The notes under the pieces were generated by a model, which ran no database searches, was not told the origin of the DNA, and saw only the letters and a program-made list of their open reading frames with translations. A DNA stretch of 64,000 nt from Paraphysomonas bandaiensis (Eukaryota; Protista; Chrysophyceae): positions 11,885-75,884 of the forward strand of contig CBFFRP010000024.1 of NCBI GenBank assembly GCA_965644295.1, given 5' to 3'. Of this stretch, positions 63,698 through 64,000 are shown in pieces. Within the stretch, counting starts at the first letter, position 1. Every line of letters starts with the position of its first letter. The position numbers were made by a program, and so were the translations under genes.

Positions 63698-64000
63698 GAA
63701 TGATTTCGAGCATTGAAGGCTCTAGATCATCCATAACACTGCCTTCAGAACGAGAGTGGCTCTTGGGCTACTCCTACTAACGGGAGTTTGCATCTTCCAC
63801 CTTAGTTGCTGTTACACTCTTTAGTTTATATACCCACACGATTTTTCACCTCAGAGAATTTACTGCTAGCTCCCTTGGCTTCAGAGACTAACAAAGATCG
63901 ACAAGGAGGGAATTTTAAATTCGCTCACAGGTCTCAATGAAATAACTCAAATCCAGTCCCAAGTCCCCCGGAAGAAACTGACAAATCCACAGACCTGCGT

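Larger units (their letters stand above)
56825..64000 (-). mobile_element. Ty3/gypsy (chromovirus-like) LTR retrotransposon with intact gag and frameshifted pol; 5' end beyond the window
   Basis: Order is gag, protease LCDTGALSANY, RT DLTNAFHQ..IFDN, RNase H TDASELGIG..EQEGYGIY..ETDHNN, integrase PDQGPDLTS..SERIIGEV..GFSPFEL, then GPF and a chromodomain-like segment at ~58.4-58.55 kb. Confidence 0.92.

Overview
Eukaryotic nuclear DNA: AT-rich with short GT-AG introns (~45-60 nt). The gene set suggests a stramenopile, probably an ochrophyte/chrysophyte-like protist (inference). About ten host genes lie among many mobile elements. They encode a DUF1769+PH-like+DUF547 protein, an LRR protein, two F-box/ankyrin-like repeat paralogues, a coiled-coil/GAF/C2/WW protein, aminopeptidase P, a giant LamG/C-type-lectin/REJ membrane protein, a canopy-like saposin protein, a Cys-less TatD-associated radical-SAM homologue and NCA2. 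Two mobile elements stand out. (1) An intact, very recent Ty1/copia element (41073-46057). Its LTRs end 5'-CG...CG-3' rather than TG...CA. It has no tRNA primer-binding site; instead a 16-nt stretch there is perfectly complementary to its own LTR, suggesting Tf1-style self-priming. Its integrase triad appears to be D-D-D. (2) Three copies of a ~0.45-0.5 kb non-coding retroposon with 11-15 bp target-site duplications. Its 5' end folds like an HDV-type ribozyme resembling the Pr77 hallmark of trypanosomatid ingi/L1Tc/SIDER elements. The window also has a Mutator-like remnant with satellite-built inverted arms, MITE fragments, two minisatellites and a nested gypsy/LTR cluster at the right end. 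All calls were made by eye, without database searches.
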